Positions 31,366 through 41,216 of a stretch of 64,000 nt of DNA are shown here, one piece after another. The number at the start of each line of letters is the position of its first letter. Positions within the stretch are counted from its first letter, which is position 1. The notes under the pieces were generated by a model. That model was not told where the DNA came from. It did no database searches and saw only the letters and a list, made by a program, of their open reading frames with translations. The stretch covers positions 88,745 through 152,744 of the forward strand of contig VRVR01000005.1 of NCBI GenBank assembly GCA_009859145.1. Reading direction: 5' to 3'. A program made the position numbers and the translations under genes. This DNA comes from Andalucia godoyi And28. Lineage: Eukaryota; Protista; Jakobida.

Positions 31366-33114
31366 ATGTCGAATCGTAGGGTATCGATTTTGTTTGGGAC
31401 GCAGACTGGGTGTTCTGAAGAAGTAGCGTACCAGCTTGCGCGGGATGCAGAGCGCCGGCATTTTTCAACGAATGTGTCTTCGATGAATGATTTTCCGTTT
31501 TCGGCGCTTGTTACAGAGTCGCTTATTGTATTTGTGTGTTCCACGACAGGTCAGGGCGACACGCCTTCCTCCATGAAGGAGTTTTGGCGATTGCTACTTC
31601 GAAAGTCTATTCCGCTGGATTTCCTGAAGAATGTGAATGTTGCGGTCTTTGGTTTGGGAGATTCTTCGTATGCAAAGTTCAATGCTGTGGCGCGGAGATT
31701 GGAGCGACGGTTGCTGCAAGTTGGGGCTTGTGTAATTGCAAGAGTTGGGCTCGGCGATGACCAGCACCCTCTCGGCGTTGACGGGGACCTGGCGCCTTGG
31801 AGAAATGAGCTGTGGAGTGCGGTCGATGCGATATATCCGCTTCCTGCTGGTTTTTCTGCAATTTCAGATAATGATCTGCTTCCTGTTCGATTGGGCGTGA
31901 GCGTTCAGAAAGGTGCGCATGCTGCCGTCGGCGATGGAGAAGAACCTCGCAGCAGAACGGAGAGGACGAGGACGCAGCGTGATTCGACGCTCTGTTCACT
32001 CATTTCCAATGACAGGATGACGTCTGGAGACCATTTTCAGGATGTACGATGGATCAAGCTTGATATTTCAGAATCTGGACTCTCGTTTGAGCCGGGAGAC
32101 GCGGTTGCAGTAATGCCGCAGAATTTCAAGGATGATGTGGACCGGCTCATGAAGTTGTTCGATCTGCACAGCTCGGATTGCTTGCTGATCGAGCAGTTTT
32201 CCAAGAGTCCAATCCCAGCGCGTGAAGTCTTCTCTTCGTGGCTTGACATCTGCGGGACCCCGGCGAGGTACTTCTTCAGCGTCCTTTCGCACTTTACATT
32301 GGATGAACTGCAACGGGATCGGCTGCAGTATTTTGGCTCGGCAGAAGGAAACGACGATTTCTATCGCTATTCTCGGAAAGAAAGACGAACGTATGTCGAG
32401 GTGTTGGAGGATTTTCCAACCGTCAAGCTTCCTCTCGAGCGTTTTGTCGACCTTGTGCCACGGCTTCGCCCGCGGTACTTTTCCATTGCCTCTGCGCAGG
32501 CATCGCAGCCACACATTATGGATCTCGCCGTCGCGGTCGTCCAGTACAAAACCCCGTACAAACGCAGCCGAAGGGGACTGTGCTCCACGTTTTTGGCCAC
32601 ATTGACTGCAGGCGAGCAGATTGAGGTCTGGATCGAGAAAGGGACGGTTGCCATGCCGCCGTCTCACGACACTCCGTTGCTAATGGTGGGCCCGGGTACC
32701 GGCTGTGCTCCTTTTCGTGCGTTTTCCCAAGCACGGACAGTGGCAAAGGGCTCCTGTGCCAATATGTGCTTTTATTTTGGCTGTCGAAACAAGCACTCCG
32801 ACTATTTGTTTGGGTCTGAGTGGGAGTCCTTTGGGTTTGGGCACTTCCGTGTTGCCTTCTCTCGCGACCAAGAGAGCAAGGTTTACGTGCAGCATTTGAT
32901 CGAAAGAGACGTGCAGTACATTGCCAATCTGATTCTTGACCAAGGTGCGTACATCTACATTGCAGGAAACTCAAAGAACATGCCTGAAGCAGTTCAATCC
33001 GCAATCGTGGAGTGCTTGGTCGGATCTGGAAAGGTTCCAAGTCTGGAAGTGGGGCAGAAGCTGCTGCGACAAATGGAGCTGCAGAAGCGATTCTTGATGG
33101 AAACGTGGTCCTAA
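31366..33114 (+). CDS. NDOR1: NADPH-dependent diflavin oxidoreductase 1 (Tah18)
   Basis: Flavodoxin motifs FGTQTGCS, STTGQG, FGLGDSSY.KFN and GDDQH; FAD/NADPH motifs PRYFSIAS, GLCS and MVGPGTGCAPFR; terminal ETWS. Confidence 0.95.
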   Translation: MSNRRVSILFGTQTGCSEEVAYQLARDAERRHFSTNVSSMNDFPFSALVTESLIVFVCSTTGQGDTPSSMKEFWRLLLRKSIPLDFLKNVNVAVFGLGDSSYAKFNAVARRLERRLLQVGACVIARVGLGDDQHPLGVDGDLAPWRNELWSAVDAIYPLPAGFSAISDNDLLPVRLGVSVQKGAHAAVGDGEEPRSRTERTRTQRDSTLCSLISNDRMTSGDHFQDVRWIKLDISESGLSFEPGDAVAVMPQNFKDDVDRLMKLFDLHSSDCLLIEQFSKSPIPAREVFSSWLDICGTPARYFFSVLSHFTLDELQRDRLQYFGSAEGNDDFYRYSRKERRTYVEVLEDFPTVKLPLERFVDLVPRLRPRYFSIASAQASQPHIMDLAVAVVQYKTPYKRSRRGLCSTFLATLTAGEQIEVWIEKGTVAMPPSHDTPLLMVGPGTGCAPFRAFSQARTVAKGSCANMCFYFGCRNKHSDYLFGSEWESFGFGHFRVAFSRDQESKVYVQHLIERDVQYIANLILDQGAYIYIAGNSKNMPEAVQSAIVECLVGSGKVPSLEVGQKLLRQMELQKRFLMETWS

Positions 33115-33242
33115 ATTCTGAAGGCCCGGAGACCCAAGCAACACGTCTGTTTGCATCAAAAATACTGCAGCACTGGGAAGCTGTGCCAATGGTCCGTTTT
33201 ATGTGCCTTTTTTTTTTTTTGTATGCATTGATGAACAGAGTA

Positions 33243-34169
33243 TCATTGTTGCTGTTGCGTGTTCTCAGGTTGGTTTGGCAGAACGGCAACGAACAAAATC
33301 TTCTTGTGAATGCTTCGATTCTCGATGCACCGACCCTTGGCCCGCAGAGTGTCCACGTCGTAATTGGTGGGCAGCTTCAGAACCAGCAGTGGGCATCCGC
33401 CATTGAACAACTCGGTGATGAGCTCATCCAGGAACACCTTGCTCCCGTCCCTGTCCAGCAAAGCAAGATCTCGGATCACGTCGTTTCTGTAATACTCATC
33501 ACCTCCCCAAGGAGGATCCATGAAGATGACCGCCCCATTACACTTTTGCTTGTATTCCGCACGAAACCACGTAATAAAATTTGCATTCACACACTCGACC
33601 AGCCCCGAAAGCCCGTATTCTGCAACGTTGTGTTTCAAACACGTGTATCGGACTGCATCCAGTTCAATAGCAAAACACCGCTCAAACGAATTCTCGCTCT
33701 TCACAAACGAGATGACGTTTCCCCCGAGTCCAGACGTCCCATCCACAATATAGTTCTTAGTCCGCGGAACTCCGCCGCAAAACCGGTCCAGCAGGTCGAA
33801 AATCCAGTAACGCACTTTTCGCGCAGAGTCATGATACGTCACAAACCGCAGCCCTTCGTCATCATACCACAAATTGTCAAACGAGAACCCAGGCCGGGAC
33901 GATGTTGGAAACAACCAGTCGAATTGCCGCTGCTTTCCACTGTGAATCTTCTTCATGATCTCCGTTTCCTCAGTCTCTGAGCCTCGAATTCGAGGGGCTT
34001 CATAGTGCCTCGGAACCTTGGCTCTGTTAGCTTCACTACCATCATCATCACCGCAACCACCACTCCTGCTGCCGCTGCTACTATTGCTGCTATTACTCAT
34101 TTCTTGCCGTTTGTCCACAGGTGCGGTGTCCGGATCGGAGGAACTCACCAGCTCGAACCTTCTCTTCAT
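33243..34169 (-). CDS. RNA cap guanine-N2 methyltransferase (TGS1-like), divergent
   Basis: SAM-binding motif VDGTSGLGGNVISF, AIELD, LKHN..EYG, and catalytic FMDPPWGG. Confidence 0.8.
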   Translation of the reverse strand: MKRRFELVSSSDPDTAPVDKRQEMSNSSNSSSGSRSGGCGDDDGSEANRAKVPRHYEAPRIRGSETEETEIMKKIHSGKQRQFDWLFPTSSRPGFSFDNLWYDDEGLRFVTYHDSARKVRYWIFDLLDRFCGGVPRTKNYIVDGTSGLGGNVISFVKSENSFERCFAIELDAVRYTCLKHNVAEYGLSGLVECVNANFITWFRAEYKQKCNGAVIFMDPPWGGDEYYRNDVIRDLALLDRDGSKVFLDELITELFNGGCPLLVLKLPTNYDVDTLRAKGRCIENRSIHKKILFVAVLPNQPENTQQQQ

Positions 34170-34557
34170 ACTCGGTCTGCACAGCACCAACAAATCCTCT
34201 TATCCAAACAAGTCATCAGCATCATGCTAGGCTCCACACTCGAAAAAAATCCATCCGTGATCCAGTCTTCACCATTCAGGCGGTCGATCCGTAGTTCATT
34301 TACGCTTGAGTTGCTCGAGTTCCATGAGTTTCCGCCAAGCGTCAAGCATCGGATGCTTTTGGGTGTTCAAGACATCAAAGCCTTCAAGTCGGGAAACAAA
34401 ACCCCCAAATTCCCGATCCCCCTCGAAAACACGAGGATTCACGTTTTCATTGCTTTTACCACTTTCCCATTTTATTGATGGATTGTTTAGGTTTGCTATC
34501 ATCTATTTTTTTCCCCCTGTGTCCCTGTGCAGCTCAAGAGCTCTTTCAGGATTTACT

Positions 34558-36067
34558 ATGGCGAGCACTGTGTTTCTTATGGGATTTGGTCGACATGAAA
34601 CGTTTAAAGTGACTCCATCGACGGTACTTTCGCAAATCCTCGATGATTTTTGCGTGAAAAACTCTCTCGACTCGGCGACGATGGGGCTGAGGTACAAGCA
34701 AAAGGATCTGGAGCTCTCGACAAACATTCGAATCTCGGGTCTTCCTCCAGGTGCAAAAATCGATGTGGTCAGAAAGTCGTCGGCGGAACTTTCGCTTGAC
34801 GGCGAAGTCAAGGTTGCAATCCAGACTCCAAGCGGCGAGCGAGTCTCGTGTACTGTTTCGTCTCGAGGATCGCTTTGGGACACTCTGCTTCTTTCGTATG
34901 TCTTTTGTTCTTTTTTTGCGCATTCGGATCCACAATTCCACATGTTCGTGTTGCACGCGACTCTAATCCTGCTGTGCTTGTTTTCCTTTGTTGATGTGTA
35001 CTGTCGGGTCCTGTTTTCACATTCATACGTGTCTTTTTCATAGAAAAGTGCACATTCCGGTGGACCAAGAGCCAAGTCTGGTGTTCATGAACCGGGCATA
35101 CGCTGGAACGAGAGCACTGATGGAAACATCGCTCATCAAAATCGGTGCTCACCCAAACAGCTCGTGTCTGCTTCGATTGCAGTTTGCACCCAAAGCCAGC
35201 ATCTCCGAGTCTGAAGAGAGCAGTCCGGCGGCGGCAGCAGCAGCGGTGAACAAGTCATCGCCGGTTGTGACGCCTGTGAATGATGTGTTTTTGCAATCCG
35301 GCGATTCGGGGCATGCAACCACAATCCTCAATGCGTACGAAGGACAGTCGAAGAAATCCAAGACCGTTGCGACAAGCGAAGAATCGTTTGCTACGGACTC
35401 CCCATCGCCAATCATCGATCGCCAAGTCAGGGTGTTTATCCCTTCCGCACAAATTCCACCTGTGGAAGTGCCAGACGAATACTACGACGTTACCTCGGAA
35501 GACATTCGACACATTATCTCGCACCAGGCACTTGAAAGCGCATCAAACGACGTGCTGAAGACCCAAGCACTGCGAGACCAAGAGGCAGCGAAGAGGGCAC
35601 GTGTATACAATCGAACAATCATACGTGTTCGACTGCCGGACGGATACATCCTACAAGCAGTGTTTGCACCTGCAGAGCCGATGCGGAGTGTCTATCAGTT
35701 CGTGCGAGACCATGTCGAAAACAAGGATGTGCAATTCGAGTTGTTCCAGACTCCCCCGAGAACCGTCTTTGCAGACATGGGGGCTTCGCTTTTGTCCCTA
35801 AAACTCGTTCCTGCTGCGATCTTGTCCGTTGCATGTGGCGGGCAAATTTTCGACATTCGCTCCGATCTGAAAGCCTCCGCTTCCACGTTGGATACGGCGG
35901 AAGTCAAGATTACGCCGGTATCGGTGGGTGGCAGAGAAATCCGTGAGGAATCTGCTGCTGATGCATCGTCGTCGTCTTCTTCTTTTGGAAGTTCCGCGTC
36001 TGCAGAGCAAAGCAGGGAAGCCAAAGAAAAAAGGCTTGCGAAACTCATGGGCCTGGGCAAGAAGTGA
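34558..36067 (+). CDS. ASPSCR1: UBX-domain protein TUG/ASPL (Ubx4); 2 exons (34558-34895, 35044-36067)
   Basis: N-terminal UBL1 (FKVTPSTVLSQILDDFC), UBL2 (SLWDTL), then PDEYYDVT, LKTQALR and a UBX domain (IIRVRLPDG.ILQAVF...LFQTPP...LVPAA). Intron 34896-35043 (GTATGT..CATAG) restores the frame. Confidence 0.9.
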
Positions 36068-36141
36068 AATTGGATTCAGTCATGCAAAGAGCAATAAAAT
36101 CAGGATGAATCAATCGCAGAAACACAGAAGATGATGTTCCC

Positions 36142-37602
36142 TTACTGTTGCCCGTAACGCTGTCGAAGTGGGTGATCAGGATACTGCCGAGAGAATTCCT
36201 CCCATGCGTTGCAAATGGATTCTTCGATGTCAAAATACCGCGGGATACGGGTACTGTCCTTTGGCTCGAGGTCCACCAGTCGAATCTTAAACTCCGTTGC
36301 AGATCGAAAGCAAATCATAATTGAAAGATCCATGGCAGTGCGGGAAATAAGAAATGCACGAATGAGGTCAATCTTTGCCAGGTCTGTTTGTCCATGCGCA
36401 TCCACATTGCGTAGCTGGTCCCAGGAAACTGGCCGGGATGGATCCACATTCAAATTGTAATTTCCATTCAGCTCATTGTACATGTCTTGGATGGCATCCA
36501 CGTCGACCAAATCCAACCGCTGAACGTCCTCGATACGTTTCAAAACGCCTTCATTCTGCAAAATTGACGCCAGCGTCTCCATCTCGGTAAACACTGCAGC
36601 ATCGGACAACTTGCCATCGACAAAAACCCGAAAGTTGTTCTGGGGACACTCTTGCAAATCATGCAAGGCTCGCCGCAACCTCTGCGCATTCATCGAAAAC
36701 AAGTCCAACGGATTGTAAAGGCTCACATCTTGATTCGATCCCTTTTTCCAAAACAAAAACAAAACAAAACACTTAGTGGTCTTCTACAAACACACACACG
36801 CACGCACACACACACAATGAGCACCAAGCAGGCAAGAAGAGGAAGAGGTCGCCAGTAAGGAAGAACATACTGTGATGAAACGCTGCGTTTGCAGAAGAGT
36901 GTATCTTGGCACGCGTGAGCGAATGTGAGGAAACCTCCTCAGCACTTGCAACTGTGGTACAAACCCGCACTTTGGCTTAATTTCAATGCAAAAAGAGTGC
37001 AGATCTGCTCTTCCATCCAAAACGCACGCGTCTTCAATCAGCTTTCCAATGGGAAGTAGCAAGCGAGGAGAGGTTGAAGCTCGTCGTTTTGCAGGCCGAT
37101 CCAGCTCGGTGCATGCAGCAAGATTCCTGATAAAGTCGCACGAAATGCGGATCCAGCGACTAGAACAGAAATAAGCGCTCCCGATAAGCGGCTTCATTAC
37201 GTTTTCCTCAAACTGTTCAGCAGCGGCCACATGCTCTTCTTCGAGCAATTCGTCTTCGAATTCAGACCCATTTTCCAATAGACTCGTCTGTTCGCTCAGA
37301 GAATACCGAGATTTTTGCAGCCGCAGAACCTTTCCAGTCTATTCCCATAAAATAAACAATCAGTCAGAAACATAGGAGGGAGATCATTACTACAACACAA
37401 AAAACAGCAAAAAAAAAAAAAAAACCCATAGTATGATGATGATGACGATGATGAGTCATACGAATTGAGTGTCGGATCCAGTGTACGCATAAACAATGTT
37501 TGCGCCGCCTTCGCCCCTATATACCCAGTCTCTGCAATCCAACTGCACAACATCAGATCCAAGGTATGTCGACTCGAAATTGCAAATTGCCTCAATCGAC
37601 AT
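36142..37602 (-). CDS. IPK1: Inositol-pentakisphosphate 2-kinase; 3 exons (37462-37602, 36871-37338, 36142-36741)
   Basis: Motifs DWVYRGEGGANIV, GKVLRLQK, IEIKPKCGF, YNPLDLFS, PQNNFRVF, TAMDLSIMI and VDLEPK. Both introns are phase 0 with GTATG donors and give a 402-aa product. Confidence 0.92.
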
Positions 37603-37912
37603 CCTTTGTACCCCCCGATCCTAGTGTGTGTTTCTGGGCTTTCGACTGATCTTTGAGGAGGAAAAATACTAACCAAGAGCTGACGCAGAGAAATACAAAG
37701 GAAAAGTGGAAACCGAAAAAGGTGGTCTCACCATCAATTGATGCTAGGAACGAGGAGAAACATCCAGCAACAAAAAGCCAGCAATTTTCCCTTTTGGCGC
37801 TTTTGTTTTCTCCGTTCTTTTTGGTTGCTCTTCTTCTTTTGGTTCAGCGGCATGAGAAGGTTATGTACACCGGGTAGTGTGCTATGGACTCTTAGACTTT
37901 GGTAGTTAGTGC

Positions 37913-38329
37913 ATGTCTTCTGAAATCCGTCGGGCGCTTTCTTATGAGCAATCGATTGCGGCGCTTCTTCGGAGATCGCAGAATCTGGAGTTGATGCAAG
38001 AGCGAGACGCATATTCCGAGCGGTTGCAAGCGTACAAGTCGCGACTCTTGCGATTTCTAACGTGCATCATTCCTGTCAACTCTTCCATTTCTATGCCGCA
38101 TCTCACGAAAACATCCGCACAGCAGAGGTTTCACGTGACGCAAGAACCTGTCTCGGTCTTTTCCGTCCCGTCGTATGTCAAGAATCTCGAGCAGTGGGAC
38201 CCATTCCTCCAGACGACCGATGACCATGACCGTGACGAATTCTATGATGAAGACCAAAGCGAGAGTGGCGATGATGAAGACGCTGAAGATGGCGGCGACG
38301 TCGATGAGGAAGTCGATGAAGACGGCTGA
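37913..38329 (+). CDS. Small hypothetical protein with an acidic C-terminal tail
   Basis: 138-aa ATG-initiated ORF, divergent from IPK1; helical N-terminus and D/E-rich tail. Confidence 0.6.
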   Translation: MSSEIRRALSYEQSIAALLRRSQNLELMQERDAYSERLQAYKSRLLRFLTCIIPVNSSISMPHLTKTSAQQRFHVTQEPVSVFSVPSYVKNLEQWDPFLQTTDDHDRDEFYDEDQSESGDDEDAEDGGDVDEEVDEDG

Positions 38330-38999
38330 CAGCTTTGTGCGTAGAACACCAAAACAATACGATTTTCTTACCGTAGTCAAGTCTAGAATTTCTTTCATTC
38401 TTGCACTTTTTTCTTTCTATTATTCGTTCCGTTAGCTTGTTTTTAATAATTGAACCCTCAAGCAGCACCTTTCATCAGAGACAAAGACAAAACCATCTCA
38501 TGGCTCCAAAGAGGGATCTCCCCAACAAACTCAAACCGGCCATGCCCGAAGATACCGAGAACCAAGAAGCTCGTGGTTGCGATGACCATTTGGTGCAGAG
38601 CAATCTGCATTGAAGAGTTGGTGCTCGCCCGAAAAATAAACAAAACATGTGGCTTGGATCTGTCTTCAGGGACAGCTTAGTCCGATGATCAACGAGCAAT
38701 GGCGGAAAGGAGGAGACGAGGAACAGAAACAGGTGTGAGCTGCTGTACTCCTGCCTTCCAAAAACGGCTATTTGGAAACGTTTCTTGTTTTGGTTATTCG
38801 CCATCGCTGATTGATGTTCCGAATCCCCGATTACCAGGAATGCTGCACGAACCAGCAAAATGAACAAGCCACGAACAATCCGATTTCTTATCTTAACTCG
38901 TGTTCGACGATTCGCTACGGGTTTTTTTTTTGATATTTTGCTTGTTCACCGTTTCATTTTCTTAATCCACATTTCGATTCACATACAAATATATATACA

Positions 39000-39035
<36 letters not shown>

Positions 39036-39126
39036 CAGAGAGAGAGACTCACAATTTCGTCTGACAAATTATTCTTTGCTGGTTTCGGACGATCGTTTAA
39101 CCCAAACTCACAACGACAACAAAAAC

Positions 39127-39160
<34 letters not shown>

Positions 39161-39202
39161 ATCGCACTCAAGAAAAGTAGAAGAAAGAAAAGAATAGAGA
39201 AG

Positions 39203-40546
39203 ATGGGCACGCAAGACATTGAGATGGCGACGTTTCCATCAAAAACAACTTCTGCATCGGCAACCCAGTCGCCATTCCAGCTTCCGCCTTCAACCATTCT
39301 CCAGAGTCCACCCCAAAAGAATCTCGACAATTCAGACTCGGTGTTGGATGTGTCTTCGGACGGCCTGTCGCCTGCAAAGACAACATTCACGCTGATTGCG
39401 GTGATTGCCGGAGCGGGGCTCCTGTCCCTTCCGTATGCAGTCCGACTCGCTGGATGGATTGCGATTCCGTTGATGGCGTTTACGTGCATGGTGTCCAACA
39501 ACACGGCCGAGTCGATTGCAAGAATGATGATCACCCACAATCTGCACTCGTTTCCCGAGATCGGGCAAAAGGCATTTGGGGCGTTTGGCAAGTACGTCAT
39601 CATGTTTGTGCACAAGTGCACGCTTGTGGGAATCGGAATTCTCTACTTGGTGCTTGCAGGCATCAACGTCAAGTCGATTGCGATCGCGTACAGCTCCAAT
39701 AACAGCAGCATTCCCGGGGTATCTGTGTGGATTGCAATCTGTGGTGTCGTGATATTGCCCGTGATGTACATACGACACATCCACGAAGCGCCGCTGCTGA
39801 CGCTGTTCGGAGCCTGTGCATCTGGGTTTGCAGCCATTGCCGTGATCATCGACTCGGTCACGGATCTCGCAACCGAAACCAACGACTCGCGACAAGTCGA
39901 TATTGATCTGGAAGGAACACCGGTGTCAATGGCTTCCGTTGCCTTTGCATTCTGCGTGCAAACCGTCGTTCCGCCCGTTGTCGAAGCCATGAAAGAGCCC
40001 AAAAAATTCCCTGTTGCGATGAGATGGTCTTCTGTTATTGTCATATCATTCTATGCTTTAGTTGCAGGTCTCGGCTATGCTGCATATGGACTCAACACGG
40101 AGTCGCCCGTGACGCTCAACATGCCGCAAACAGCACCGCTCACGACCGTTGCCGTAGCAGCCGTCACTGCTCACGTCATGGTCATCTTCCCGGTCATGCT
40201 CAACCCAGTCTGCGTAGTCATCGAAGGACACCATGCCTGGGCTGAATCCACCATCCTCCGTGCCGTCTCCAGAACCGCACTCACAGTCTTTTGCGTCGGA
40301 GTCGGAGTCTCGGTCCCATACTTTGGAGACGTCATGTCGCTCATCGGCGCGTTCTTCCTCTCAAGTCTTGTCTTCATCTTTCCCTCTGTCTTCGAGCTCA
40401 AAATCGAATGGACACGCATCGGAACCGCAAGAAAAATGTGGAATGTATTCGTTTTCATCTTTGGTCTCGCAATCTGTGTCGTTGGGACCATCTTTGCCGT
40501 GAACACTCTCGTCACTGACTTTGAAACCAACCCGCCCCAGTTTTGA
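39203..40546 (+). CDS. Amino acid transporter (Aa_trans family; AVT1/SLC32/36/38-like)
   Basis: IAGAGLLSLPYA...GW, SFPEIG..AFG, AFAFCVQTVVP, GY.AYG and PYFGDVMSLIGA; about 11 hydrophobic segments. Confidence 0.92.
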   Translation: MGTQDIEMATFPSKTTSASATQSPFQLPPSTILQSPPQKNLDNSDSVLDVSSDGLSPAKTTFTLIAVIAGAGLLSLPYAVRLAGWIAIPLMAFTCMVSNNTAESIARMMITHNLHSFPEIGQKAFGAFGKYVIMFVHKCTLVGIGILYLVLAGINVKSIAIAYSSNNSSIPGVSVWIAICGVVILPVMYIRHIHEAPLLTLFGACASGFAAIAVIIDSVTDLATETNDSRQVDIDLEGTPVSMASVAFAFCVQTVVPPVVEAMKEPKKFPVAMRWSSVIVISFYALVAGLGYAAYGLNTESPVTLNMPQTAPLTTVAVAAVTAHVMVIFPVMLNPVCVVIEGHHAWAESTILRAVSRTALTVFCVGVGVSVPYFGDVMSLIGAFFLSSLVFIFPSVFELKIEWTRIGTARKMWNVFVFIFGLAICVVGTIFAVNTLVTDFETNPPQF

Positions 40547-40607
40547 TGATGGTCATGATGATGAGGCCATCTCCATCTACCCACCTATTCATATTTTTTC
40601 GTTCCCT

Positions 40608-40699
40608 CGTTCAGTCGTTCGTTCAGTCGTTCGTTCAGTCGTTCATTCAGTCGTTCGTTCAGTCGTTCATTCAGTCGTTCGTTCAGTCGTTCGTTCAGT
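40608..40699. repeat. 12-bp tandem repeat, about 7.6 copies
   Basis: Unit C[G/A]TTCAGTCGTT, downstream of the transporter stop codon. Confidence 0.95.
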
Positions 40700-41216
40700 T
40701 TCTGGGTCTCAATGCGTATGTCTATAATGTTTAATTTCTCCTGTAGTTGCTGTGCGTAATAATAGTAATACAAGGCTCGCATGCTGCGCCTCGGGCAATA
40801 TAAAATGACGTTTCAAATCAGCACGAACACCCATCAAATGAGTACTCTTGAGTAGGACATCCGTGCAGCCATGCAGAAACAGTCCATTTTTCGTCGGAGG
40901 TCGACGGCTGTCAACTGAGCCATGCTATCCGTCCCCAGTGCTCCTCTTCAAATAAAAAGTCTGTCTGGGAAAGCTGGTTTTTTTCAAATTTGTGTTGCAG
41001 AATTTGACGCCTTTGCTTTTCTCCTTTTCTTTGGTGTCGCTTTGGTTTTCCACCTTTTTTTTTAATACTTCCCGCCTCTTTTCTTTCTTTCTACTGCTCC
41101 TGGCTGCTGCTGTTGCTGCTGTTGTAACTTGTTGAGAAAGTAGGATTCCTTTTTTTATTTGTCTTTCGTTGGAAACAGAAGAAGAAGGAAAGAGGAGGGT
41201 TCGTGAGGCGAGGATC

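Noticed and set aside
33012-33980. 322-aa ORF antisense to the TGS1-like gene and overlapping the end of NDOR1
   Set aside because: Shadow frame with no recognisable domain.
38475-38804. 109-aa hydrophobic minus-strand ORF
   Set aside because: No motif or splice support; may be intergenic or UTR sequence.
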